A stretch of 63,436 nucleotides of DNA, the filler included, from Sanchytrium tribonematis (Eukaryota): assembly GCA_018985235.1 (NCBI GenBank). It is 12 parts of 12 records of this genome, joined end to end, with 100 filler letters (N's around TTAATTAATTAA, not from the genome) between each part and the next. Parts side by side here need not be neighbours in the genome. Positions count along the whole stretch, not along the records: positions 1 to 22,625 come from JADGIG010000081.1; 11 more parts are not named here. One strand, written 5' to 3'. This document shows, one piece after another, positions 1-10,191 of this stretch (within the stretch, counting starts at the first letter, position 1; each line of letters begins with the position of its first letter). The translations under genes and the position numbers were made by a program. The notes below the pieces were generated by a model, which searched no databases, was not told the origin of the DNA, and was given only the letters and a program-made list of their open reading frames with translations.

Positions 1-779
1 AATCCGATTTTATACTCTTTTAAATAATTTAAAACCTCTAAATTGTGAATATAAACGGACTGGACATTGTTAATTTTATTTCACTAAACACAAATCCAAC
101 CACGTGCAGTCAAATTCATTGCCATTCGTTTGTAAATATGATCCAATATCACTGGGTTCCATTGGCATTACCGTGTTAGTGATTGCAGATTCGTATGGCT
201 TTAAAAAACACCAAAAACGTGATCAATCAAGTTATAAGGGATATTGAAGCTATTGAGTGCATTTGCTACTGATTGGCATTCTACTAATATCTTGAATTTC
301 AGTTTTGAATGAATAAATGAGGATGTGTCGCAAATAATTGGAAGCAAAATTTGACGAAGTTTGCGATATTCTTGTAAATCCTCCATCTCAGCATTCAAGG
401 ACAGTAATGATACATTAAACTCATCAAAACTATCAGACAATTGATGTAATGGAAATAATTGGCCATCTATTTGGAATTGAGCGAATTCTGAGATTTTAAG
501 ACGATCTAAAACTTTGATATTGTTAGATTCTATGGATTTTATCTCTTTTAATAAGGATGTTAGATTAAAAATATAGTTACTACCAAGACAAATGGTGGTA
601 TTTGTACGGAATATGGGAGATGGCAAATATTGTAAGACATGTTTTGTGCCATCAAGTATAAAATATCTGGATTTAAGGGTATCCGCACTGCAATAGATGT
701 CAGCTGATAATGATAATTGATAGGATATATAGTCTGTAACCTCATTTCCGTGTTGAAGACCCAATATTACGTCAACCAT
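1..779 (-). pseudogene. Degenerate adenylosuccinate synthetase (PurA/Ade12)-like gene, frameshifted
   Basis: N-terminus MVDVILGLQHGNE resembles VxVVLGxQWGDEGKG but lacks GKG; LPSPIF..LLKEI..DRLKISE and KILVE motifs. Homology continues past the stop at 201 in other frames (KPYES...YLQTNGNEF..WLDLCLVK, then INNVQSVYIHNLEVL). Confidence 0.7.
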
Positions 780-986
780 GATGTTTAGAGGGGAGAAGCG
801 ATAAATTCTACCTTATGCCGTGGTAAACCACAAGTATAACTATCCGAATCAACTTGTGTACTCACCCCACGGTGGGGCAATCAAATATATTGACAAAAGT
901 AAGCTTTGATTGGTGTCAATTCTCATATTCATAAACTTTTTATTATGCGAAGTTGTACAAATAGAGCACGCACATTTCCGTAGTAA

Positions 987-1265
987 ATGGATCTAACCCT
1001 TTCTCGTGTATTAAAATTGTCTGCATTGAAGCAATATAATGTGAATATGAACTTGCAAAAGACTGTAAAACTCAGAGAGATGTTGAAAAAGTTGCGAAAA
1101 AAGTATCCAATTCAATATATATTGTATTTTAATCCGGAACTGAATGAGGCAGAAATAATGGAGGAGTTAGGTCTTATGTTGGAAAATGGAGACACAGGAG
1201 TCAAGGAAATTACAAGCGAACTCGAAATTTTTAATTTTCCGTGTAATATATCTTCTTGTGAGTAA
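987..1265 (+). CDS. Small hypothetical protein, local ~90-aa paralog family member A
   Basis: 92-aa ORF; gap-free motif alignment with ORFs at 1443 and 1935. Confidence 0.65.
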   Translation: MDLTLSRVLKLSALKQYNVNMNLQKTVKLREMLKKLRKKYPIQYILYFNPELNEAEIMEELGLMLENGDTGVKEITSELEIFNFPCNISSCE

Positions 1266-1442
1266 ATGTTTATAAATTAATGAAAAAGTGCGCAAAGATT
1301 ACAAAACCTCATATGGAATTGTAGTATTTTGCAGAACCCAGTGTCCCAAGTCTGTGTGACTCACTTTGATTGGAATTTGCGAAATGAAGCAAGCACACGG
1401 ATTTTCGTATTTCTACGCACTGCGCCCTCATTGACATTCCCA

Positions 1443-1712
1443 ATGGACGATGCGGTGCAAATCTTACAGTTCTATTTGATGAAGGAACCAAGAGCAGATG
1501 AATCATTGGGAATGAAGACGCTAAAACGAAACGCAATCATTCAAATTCGCAAACAATTTCCTGTTTTGTTTCTTTGCAATTGTCGTCCTAAACTGGACAA
1601 GAATGATTTCAGCATGACATTGCAGCAAATGGTTAGCAACGGGGAGACTACTTTCGCTCACGTAATGGCAGAATTTGATGCTATGAAGTTAAAAATTCAA
1701 AATAAAGTCTAA
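1443..1712 (+). CDS. Small hypothetical protein, family member B
   Basis: First ATG at 1443 gives 89 aa; shares P[IV]x[YF]...PxL...M[LV]xxxxT motif. Confidence 0.65.
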   Translation: MDDAVQILQFYLMKEPRADESLGMKTLKRNAIIQIRKQFPVLFLCNCRPKLDKNDFSMTLQQMVSNGETTFAHVMAEFDAMKLKIQNKV

Positions 1713-1934
1713 TAATTTTAATGCTTTCCAACTGGTGCATAATTTTTCTTCTATCTTTTAATTTAAAAAATACCAAGTCGTATGGCACCAATCCCACATC
1801 CTCCAGTTACTTGTGATTTGCTTCAAAGGGTTCTGGAATGTGCTTGCCAATTTTTCAAAGTGTTTGATTGGCCCGATCATCATCAATCTCTTTAATTGAT
1901 CCCTTTTAATCAAGTCCCTGCCCACTCTTTTCAA

Positions 1935-2201
1935 ATGAACAAACTGCTCACTGTTACCGAGAACATGAGAATCGTACAACTCTCCTTTAAAAAGAACAAC
2001 ACAAATGATCTACGGAAAAGAGTCATGATCAAAAGCATTACTGAACAAATACAGGCTGAGAATCCAATATCATATTTATTAGCAGCTAATCCAAACCTAA
2101 CTTATTCAGAAATCTCTTTATCTTTACGAATGATGGTAAAAGAAAATATGACCTCCAAGGACAGAATAAGATCAGACATGAAAACCCTGTTTAATAAATA
2201 A
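1935..2201 (+). CDS. Small hypothetical protein, family member C
   Basis: First ATG at 1935 gives 88 aa; same motif; stop embedded in AATAAA. Confidence 0.65.
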   Translation: MNKLLTVTENMRIVQLSFKKNNTNDLRKRVMIKSITEQIQAENPISYLLAANPNLTYSEISLSLRMMVKENMTSKDRIRSDMKTLFNK

Positions 2202-2313
2202 GAATAATCATCGAAAAAAGAAGTGGTGGGTTCCTCGCTTGTACTCTTTCCATTGATTTGATGAAAATAGTAAGAAATGGGGGCTAAATAAGGGGTATTT
2301 TGTGACTTTCTGT

Positions 2314-2685
2314 ATGTCATCGTGCAAGTGGCAAAATTGTGATTACATGGCTATGACTGCCAAAGACCTCTACCACCACACCATACAGCAGCATGTTAAA
2401 GGCGCTAAACAGTGTTTCTGGGAAACATGCAGATATTTTGGAGACAAACCGGGACTGTTATACAGCCATATCATACAGCATATCGAATATTATCCATATA
2501 TTTGCTCGAATTGTAACAGAAAATTCAAAAGGAAACATGATCGACGGAAGCATCTAGCGAGTATACATCAAATTTACACTCATGATGCAAATGAGAGTAT
2601 CAGTCCCGTAAAATCAGTGTCGTCTGATGTGGAGTCACCCAAATCACCTAAATTTGATGTCAGCTATTTAATAAATAAAGATTAA
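2314..2685 (+). CDS. C2H2 zinc-finger protein (tandem CxWxxC fingers, PacC/Zic/Gli-like)
   Basis: CKWQNC..H..H, CFWETC..H..H, YICSNCNRKFKRKHDRRKH. Confidence 0.85.
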   Translation: MSSCKWQNCDYMAMTAKDLYHHTIQQHVKGAKQCFWETCRYFGDKPGLLYSHIIQHIEYYPYICSNCNRKFKRKHDRRKHLASIHQIYTHDANESISPVKSVSSDVESPKSPKFDVSYLINKD

Positions 2686-3127
2686 ATTGCAAATTTGTTC
2701 TATTTCTCTAGTTTCAACTTTAAAATTCGTAAAAAAACCATCTTCTGGAACGACTTTACTCTACTTAGCTGTGTAAATTCTCAATAAATATTATCAAAGA
2801 GATATTGGAGCCAATTCTTCAACAGTATCGACGGATTGAGGTGCATTTATCGAATTTAATATCATAAAACAATCGTGGCTTGTAAATGATCAAAATATCT
2901 GTTTATAAACTAGTAGAAAATGATAATTTATTACGATATACCTTAATTACTAACGCATTAAAGCATCTGCGTGACGAAAACACTCCAAAATTCGATAAAT
3001 TATTCAAAAAGTATAAAATGAAAGCATTATATCAGGAATTACAACAAGTGACTTAATAAATAATCATCTATCTTGCTCTTTTGAACTCGATTCGTCTATC
3101 GAAATGTGTTTCAAAATTTAAATTTTA

Positions 3128-3667
3128 TTAATAGATCATGTCTGAAAAGTTGACTCTTTCTTCATCTAATTTCATCTGCAATTGTTGGAGCAATAAATTG
3201 AATGAGGCCATGTTCGCTTTTTTCACGGATGTGGTGTAAGCTTCATTCTTTTTCAATATTTCTAGCGAATAAGCTGCTCCTGACGAGGCATTTGGCATTT
3301 TTGGTATGATATTGACTAGTTTAGGAGATCCATGAGGTGTGGTATGGCGGGATCCAAGAGGCGTGGGTGTTTGTGGGCTAGATGGTAATTGTTTTGAGCA
3401 TGTTTTCAAATGAATTTTATGGTCATACTTTCTTTTCGAGGTCTTCCCGCATTTGCACTGGAACATATAAATGTTAACATGGGTTAACAAGTGAGAGATC
3501 ATGTTGCCACGCGTAGACTTTGTCTTAACGCATCCGTGCCATTTGCATTCGTTGCTGAATGTTGCGTGTTTGATAAACCCAACGTGTTCTGAAAGATGCT
3601 TTAACGCATTCTCATCACCTTCTATTTGAGCTTCACAATTATTCCATTTGCAGATTATCTTTGTCAT
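3128..3667 (-). CDS. C2H2 zinc-finger protein (tandem CxWxxC fingers, PacC-like)
   Basis: CKWNNC..HLSEH, CKWHGC..HLLTH, FQCKCGKTSKRKYDHKIH; likely ATG at 3667 (ORF open to 3838). Confidence 0.85.
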   Translation of the reverse strand: MTKIICKWNNCEAQIEGDENALKHLSEHVGFIKHATFSNECKWHGCVKTKSTRGNMISHLLTHVNIYMFQCKCGKTSKRKYDHKIHLKTCSKQLPSSPQTPTPLGSRHTTPHGSPKLVNIIPKMPNASSGAAYSLEILKKNEAYTTSVKKANMASFNLLLQQLQMKLDEERVNFSDMIY

Positions 3668-3877
3668 TTTAGAGATTTGGGAGCTTCTTCTTAAGTAGGA
3701 CGTCAGAGACCTATTGCGTGTCTGTCTGCAAATGAGATGTGAGAAAACCGAGTGCAGCAGGGTTAACAGATCTGTTTTCAGACTTTTTCTGCACTCAGGA
3801 TCGGCAGACCTGTGGATCTGATATTGCAAAATTGCCATTTCAAAGAAGTAAATCGATTAGAATTAATTTATTTTGAG

Positions 3878-4042
3878 TCATTCAAAGTATTCCATAGGTC
3901 TACTTGGAAAAATAACGTCTAGTTTTGGGTAATTTGCCACAAATCTCTTTTTTATGTTGCCAATCATGACGGATCTGTAGAGACTGAGTTCGTTTTCTTC
4001 TTTTAAAAGTGTCATCATGAGAACTGATTTATCCATTGTCAT
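3878..4042 (-). CDS. 54-aa ORF, possible short member D of the small-protein family
   Basis: Manual translation MTMDKSVLMMTLLKEENELSLYRSVMIGNIKKRFVANYPKLDVIFPSRPMEYFE resembles the N-half of the ORF at 1935 (L..K.N...L...VMI..I). Confidence 0.4.
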   Translation of the reverse strand: MTMDKSVLMMTLLKEENELSLYRSVMIGNIKKRFVANYPKLDVIFPSRPMEYFE

Positions 4043-4370
4043 TATAAGTATTAAATGGTTGGTTGCTATTTATGTATTTTAGCGGGTAAGACAAATTCCC
4101 CCTGTCAAACCTGTTTTGCACACAATTAGACATTTGTGCGCTGGTATCATGTCGCACTTGAGCGCAATAGACCGGAGAGATACACCATATATCTCACAAA
4201 TCAATGTGACAGCATCAAACCAAACCCCGGGTATTTTGAAGCATTTTTTCAATAATTCAACATTCCAGATCTCAAATAATTAAAGTGCGTTTAAAGAATA
4301 TTCTATAAAGTTGAGATTGCAATTGGTAGCTTGCAACTAACAAAACCTGTAACGTTAAACTTCAACGATG

Positions 4371-4451
4371 GGCGGTTTGGCGGAGAGGTTAACGCGATTG
4401 ACTCGAAATCAATTTCCTTAGGGAGCGCAGGTTCGAATCCTGCAGCCGTCG
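4371..4451 (+). tRNA. tRNA-Ser (anticodon CGA)
   Basis: Acceptor GGCGGTT/AGCCGTC, anticodon arm ATTGA-CTCGAAA-TCAAT, long variable arm, T arm GCAGG-TTCGAAT-CCTGC, downstream T-rich terminator. Confidence 0.95.
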
Positions 4452-4505
4452 TCTTTAATTTTCTCTTTTTGGATGATTTGTAAAACAGAAATGAGCTTTA
4501 ATTTT

Positions 4506-5279
4506 TTATTCATTTTGTTTATTCAACAAATGAGAATACTCATACAAACCTTCCTCCGATCGAGGAGGATCCTTAAAAGTCATTTTGATAGCCTGCTCTA
4601 GTTTGACCTCATTCAATGATCCACAATTAGATGGACATGTACCGATTAATATAGTTCCAAAGTCAAGTGAGTTCATTTCCTCTTTTTGTTTTAAATAATA
4701 AAGAGAATTGGGTAAAATTTGGCATTCTAAAATCCTATTTTGGCCACATGTACACTTTTTAAATTTAGTATCGCGTGTCTGATCTGTTATGAAGATGTTC
4801 TGGGTCCATCTGATCACTGTGCTTGGAAATGCTTCTTGATAAAGTAGAAATCCCAAAGAATCCTTTGAAAATTCCTCATCGTCATCTTCTTCCTCATCCT
4901 CTAATATTTCATATCTCTTGTACATCTTAGTGTTGTTTTTTGGATTTTTTGATTCTAATTTTGGGCAGCAAACGTCTTCCAATCCACGTAATTCATTTGG
5001 CAAATCTACTTTTAGCCATTCTCGATGGATTCTGGCTATTTTGACTTCATTACATCCTTGTTTACATGCATAGCAGTAAATGGTGCGTACTAGATTGTCT
5101 ATTTTCTTGGAATATTGACAAATTAAAGCCATTAATTTCGAACATTGTTCGCAATGATATTCGGTATTGAAATTGTTGGGTGATCCACCTAGCTGGTTAA
5201 TTAATACGCAATAATCATCTGTATCTATTGCTTTCCAAAATGCGGCATTGCGCTTCTCTACATATCCAACGTTTGTCAT
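4506..5279 (-). CDS. TSR4: PDCD2-like / Tsr4 ribosome biogenesis chaperone
   Basis: LGGSP, CEQC..MALICQ at the N-terminus; C-terminal CTCG..RILECQILP..LDFGTILIGTCPSNC (PDCD2_C). Start could be 5318. Confidence 0.75.
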   Translation of the reverse strand: MTNVGYVEKRNAAFWKAIDTDDYCVLINQLGGSPNNFNTEYHCEQCSKLMALICQYSKKIDNLVRTIYCYACKQGCNEVKIARIHREWLKVDLPNELRGLEDVCCPKLESKNPKNNTKMYKRYEILEDEEEDDDEEFSKDSLGFLLYQEAFPSTVIRWTQNIFITDQTRDTKFKKCTCGQNRILECQILPNSLYYLKQKEEMNSLDFGTILIGTCPSNCGSLNEVKLEQAIKMTFKDPPRSEEGLYEYSHLLNKQNE

Positions 5280-5471
5280 TTTTAAAAGTGTCTGATCCCG
5301 ATTTCCCCTCCAAAACATGAAATTTAAATTTCTTTAGATCATTTCTACACATCCTCAAGCCTATTGTCTATACGCAGATGTCCCCAAAGCATTAAATATC
5401 ATACTATTCCATATGTTTTCTACTTTACCAATATTTTTGAAATGTGGCTGGTTTAAAACGCGCCAGAGACT

Positions 5472-8400
5472 ATGGATTTCATATCACAGACTCCATCTGT
5501 TAGTAGCAGAGAAACTTCTACATTTAGTCTATTCAATACCAATAGAAGAGCCAGGATTCTCAGAGATTATCATTCTACGGATGAAAATGAAATTTCCGTA
5601 GAACAAGATGACATGGTTACTATCCTCTTTATGGAAGAAATGAAAGACATTACAAAGACCTCCAAAGTACTCATTGAACACCACGGTAGACTGGGATGGA
5701 TTCCTTGTAATTATATTACGATGGAGGAGGAAGAAACAAAAACTGCTCCAACTCCTGTAGAAACCCTCAAACTAGCACCAATTACAAACAACGTACCTCC
5801 ACCTATCTCAATTACTACCAACTCAATTAATAAAAAAGATAAAAAGAAATCCGTCTTAAATCCGGGTTCTCCAGTGATTGTGAAATCTCCTCAAAAGATG
5901 GAAATGCCCGCGTTACCCAGCAAAACATGGACAGATTTCATGGGTAGAGAACAAATTGACAATCTTAAATTGACTAAAACTGAAATTAAACGCCAGGAAT
6001 GTATTTATGAGCTTCTATTAACAGAACAAGATTATGTGAGAGATTTAGAAATGATTATTGATGTATACATCAGACCACTTCGTAAATCAAGAATATTATC
6101 AATTAAAGATATTGGGATTATATTTGGAGTGTGGGAGCAGCTTGTTCCAGTTAATTCTGAACTGCTCAAGAAACTAGATGAAAAACACATTATTTCACCC
6201 GTGATTGAAGAAATTGGGGACATTTGGAGTAATATCACGGATTATATGAAAGTATACACCATGTATTGCAGTAACCATCCCTACGCGCTAATGCGACTCG
6301 AAAAAGTGAATAATATCAAGGCATTTAATAAATTCGCCCAACAATGTCAAATCTCCCCAGAATGTAGAAATTTGCCACTATCCAGTTATTTATTGAAGCC
6401 AGTCCAGCGTATTTGCAAATATCCCTTGTTAATTCGTGAAATATTAAAACATACCCCTAAAGAACATCGTGATTTTGAGAATTTACAGCAGGGACTCTTA
6501 AAAGTAGAGACCCTTGTCACCATTGTCAATGATCATGCCAAACAAACAGAAACTGTGCAGAAAATGATGAAAATACAAGCCAGTTTCAACAATAAAATCA
6601 TTATCGTGAGTCCTGCACGAACATTAGTCACAGAAAAAGAAGTAATGCAAGTTGTGATTAACAATGAAGACAAGACCATTAGTCGCCGTAGTCGCATTCT
6701 GTATATTTTCAATGATATGTTGATTATGGGCAAAGAAGAAAGATTACAAATGAGAAATGACGATGTCGTTAAAATGAAGGTGATTACTTCATTACAATAT
6801 GATAAATTACTTGTGAGTCAGTGCGCGCAGGGGGAATATGGTCACGAAAATTGTTTTGTTTTGAGTCGAAAAGATGGGGATGATTCGTATTTGATTCAAT
6901 GTAAAAACACGGAAGAGCGAAACAAATTGGTAAAGCAGTTTAAAGGATTGATTAGTGAGCATTTGAAATCATATTATAGGGTTCAAACACCTGTTAAACA
7001 GATTATAGTGGATAAACCAGTGAATATGAAGCGTAAATCACTTTTGGATGAAGTTCAAATACCAGAAGTGGATAATTTATTCATATTTGAAGAGCATTTG
7101 CAGGATATGTACGAAGACAGTAAAGATGAGATTGAAAATGAGATTATTGACGATATTGTGACTAGCAGTGAAGAAGAAGAGATTGAGCAAGTGGATATAG
7201 CTGCCAAAATGCTAGCACAGCATACTGCATTGACGGAACAAATTGCATTTGAGATTTCTCAGCATTCTTTGGAAAGTAATAGAAATTCGAGATTCTTTAA
7301 AACAGATAAATTTGACGCGCTTTCTGAAGATAAAACAGATACAACAAGTTCGAAAGAGAGTATATCTACTAGTATGCAAAGCGATTTACATAAAGAAGAA
7401 AAGATACCAATTTCTGAGATTAAAGAGAATGAAACATTACCAATTTCACAATTGGAGACAATGGACGATTCTGACAAGGAAAATCAAGCCAATAGCGTCA
7501 TACAAGAAAGAATGAAACAGTTAAACCGATCTAGTTTGGAGGTTAAAGATCCTAGAACACTTACAATCAAGAGAATGGCTAATTCTGGAAATGTAGCAAA
7601 TATGAAGACTCGTTTATCTGCAGACACTTTCACGCCACCAGAGAAGAAAGCACCAATTGTGCCACCTAAACCAGATTCACCAAAAGTAGAAACTCCAAAA
7701 GAGCCAATAAATGAGAAAATACCCCCACCCATTCCTCAAAAACATCAGCATAAAATGGAAGAATCACCAACACATAAACAAGCACCGCCTGTTCCTGCTA
7801 AACACGAGCAAGTTGCACCACTTGTGCCTGTGAAACGGATTGATATTAAAGCGCAAGAGAGACCACAAACTTCAGTTGAAATCAAATCTACCCCGACCTC
7901 TCCTGCTGAAATTAAATCTATACCTGTTGAGCAATCCAGCATAAATGCGACTGCAAATACAAATGCAAATTTAGATCATTCATCCAATCCGTTGCCGCCA
8001 TTACCAAATAAAAGACCATCTACTGAAGTCGCTCCAGACTCAAAACCTCTTGAAATGGACCAACAAATTGAGTTGATGAGCCTGAAAGTCGTCCAAAACA
8101 GACAACTACCACAAATGAGTAAGCCCGCTAAATCTGCGAGAATTGCGGGTGTTTTTAAAGCAGAAGAAGGAAAAAGAGAATATGTAATTTTTTATTGATT
8201 TAGATTTATGTAATTGAAATAACGCGGATTTCTAGTGATATTATCACTATATTTCAGACTTATAATGATTTCTTCGATTTACATTTGCAATTAATGAATC
8301 ATTTCCCAGAAGAAGCCGGTGTGAATATTAGTGATTTAATGGCCAAAAAACAAGATAAACCCATTAAAAGAATCATTCCAGAGCTACCTAGTAATATTGT

Positions 8401-8563
8401 CTACGTCACAGATGCTGTAGCGAGAAGCAGACTGCCAATTTTAGATCATTACATTACTACAATTGTCGGATTGCCTCCTAAAATCTCTAAATCACCAGTA
8501 GTCATGACATTTCTAAAGAGCGATGGCAAAAAAGCGGATGAATTGATACGTAAATTGAAATAA
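5472..8563 (+). CDS. SH3-DH(RhoGEF)-PH protein with proline-rich linker and C-terminal PX domain (2 exons)
   Basis: SH3 (ARILRDY..GWIPCNYI), DH (RQECIYELLLTEQDY..LLKPVQRICKYPLL), PH. A 20-nt intron 8184-8203 joins REY to IYVIEI..YNDFFDLHLQLMNHFPEEAG (PX). Confidence 0.9.
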
Positions 8564-8582
8564 AAGTTCATAAATTTATTTT

Positions 8583-9861
8583 TTAATTTTCAAAATACCT
8601 CGTGTCTACGCCGTCTTCATAATTCCAAATTTTAATGGTTTGATCTTGTGATGCAGAAATGAATTTAGTTTGACCAATTACAATGTTGAATACCCAACTC
8701 TCATGCGCGTTTTCAATGATTTTGACTGGTTTATACGTTTTTCTACTCCAAATAATGATTGTTTGGTCATATGAACCAGAAATGATGAAATCGTCATTAA
8801 AATCTAATGTACGGACCAATTCTTTGTGTTGCTTCAAGGATGCGACCATTTCTCCCGTTTGCGCGTTCCAAACTTTGACATGTTGGTCGTTGCTTCCAGA
8901 TACGATTGTTTTTCCATCATATTGAATGCAAGCTATGCCACGACTGTGTCCGCGCATTTCTTTAAGCAACTGACCCGTGTAAACATCCCAGGTTTTAATG
9001 CAGTAGTCCCCACTCCCTGTTACAATTCTTTTATTTTTTAATACCAGCGCATTCACGGCTGCTCTATGTGCGTTGAGGCTATATAGCATCTTACCTGTTT
9101 TTCTATCGTATGTTTTGACGGTATTGTCTTTGGAACACGTAACAATGAATTCATCGTCTAAAGCGACATCCAAAACACCTGCTGTATGATTTTGAAGTCT
9201 GTGTAATATTTGACCACTTTTCAAGTCCCATAACACTACAGTCATGTCACTGCTTCCACTTACGAGTACCTCGTTGTCGAATTTGAGGCATAACACGCTT
9301 CCAGTGTGTCCTGTCATGACGCGTATCAATTTCTTGTCTTGAAGATTCCAAAATTTGATCGTTTGGTCTCTGGATCCACTAACTAACAAGTTATCTTTAA
9401 ATTGCACGCAGTACACGCTGTCTTCATGACCTTTTAAAGTCGTGGTTGTAAATTTGTTATTACACCAGTTTTTATACAAATTGAATCTATTTCTATATAA
9501 ATAGAGCCAGTCTAACGCGTAATTCTGTTGAGGTAGTACTCTGAGCTTCCATCCGTTGTTTTCTTTGAATTTGTGCTCCCATAACCTATTATCTTTGACC
9601 AAATCGTGGTTATTTTTACTAGTTAGAGCCAAACTGGGTAAAGAACTCGCTGGTACGTATAACAGTATCATCTGAGAAAGTTCAAATGGCAGCTTAGACA
9701 AAAAATCTACGTCAAAAATGATTACCAACTCTAGAAAACTCTAAACTACTCTTTAATATTTTCTCATCCTCGTCTACATCCATGGGGTCATCAAATTCAG
9801 CTCTCTTCTTAAACTGTTTACCAAAAGCGAAAGTATAAATATTCAGAGCTAGATTTTTCAT
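8583..9861 (-). CDS. F-box/WD40 protein (beta-TrCP/Fwd1/Met30-like), 2 exons
   Basis: F-box DFLSKLPFELS, seven WD40 repeats (GHEDSVYCVQF...); 19-nt intron 9707-9725 restores SRVDFLSKLP. Confidence 0.9.
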
Positions 9862-10191
9862 TTCAATACGCGTTAAAAAATGGATAATCGAGCTCTGTGG
9901 CCCTTTTAAAAAATCGGCCAAAAATCAATTAATATTGGAAATCGAGAATAGGTGATTTAATGAGTCACCAAAATAATCATTTATTGCTATTTTACAAGCT
10001 TGACAAGCCTAAATCTTCAACCAAACCCAAAACAAATGAATCGGAAATCAGACGACTAGTCAGAAAGCAATGAGGAATACAAGCGATACTTATTTTCAGC
10101 TCTAGATGCTTCTGATAGAGTCAAATCTGCTAGTAATTTGACTTGAATTCCCTCAAATATTCTAAAACAAAAAAGCCTCTCGATATTTTAA

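Noticed and set aside
6032..7942. Antisense and alternate-frame ORFs within the RhoGEF (similarly within the 15125 gene, YR and LRR genes)
   Set aside because: Shadows of real genes with no recognisable motifs.
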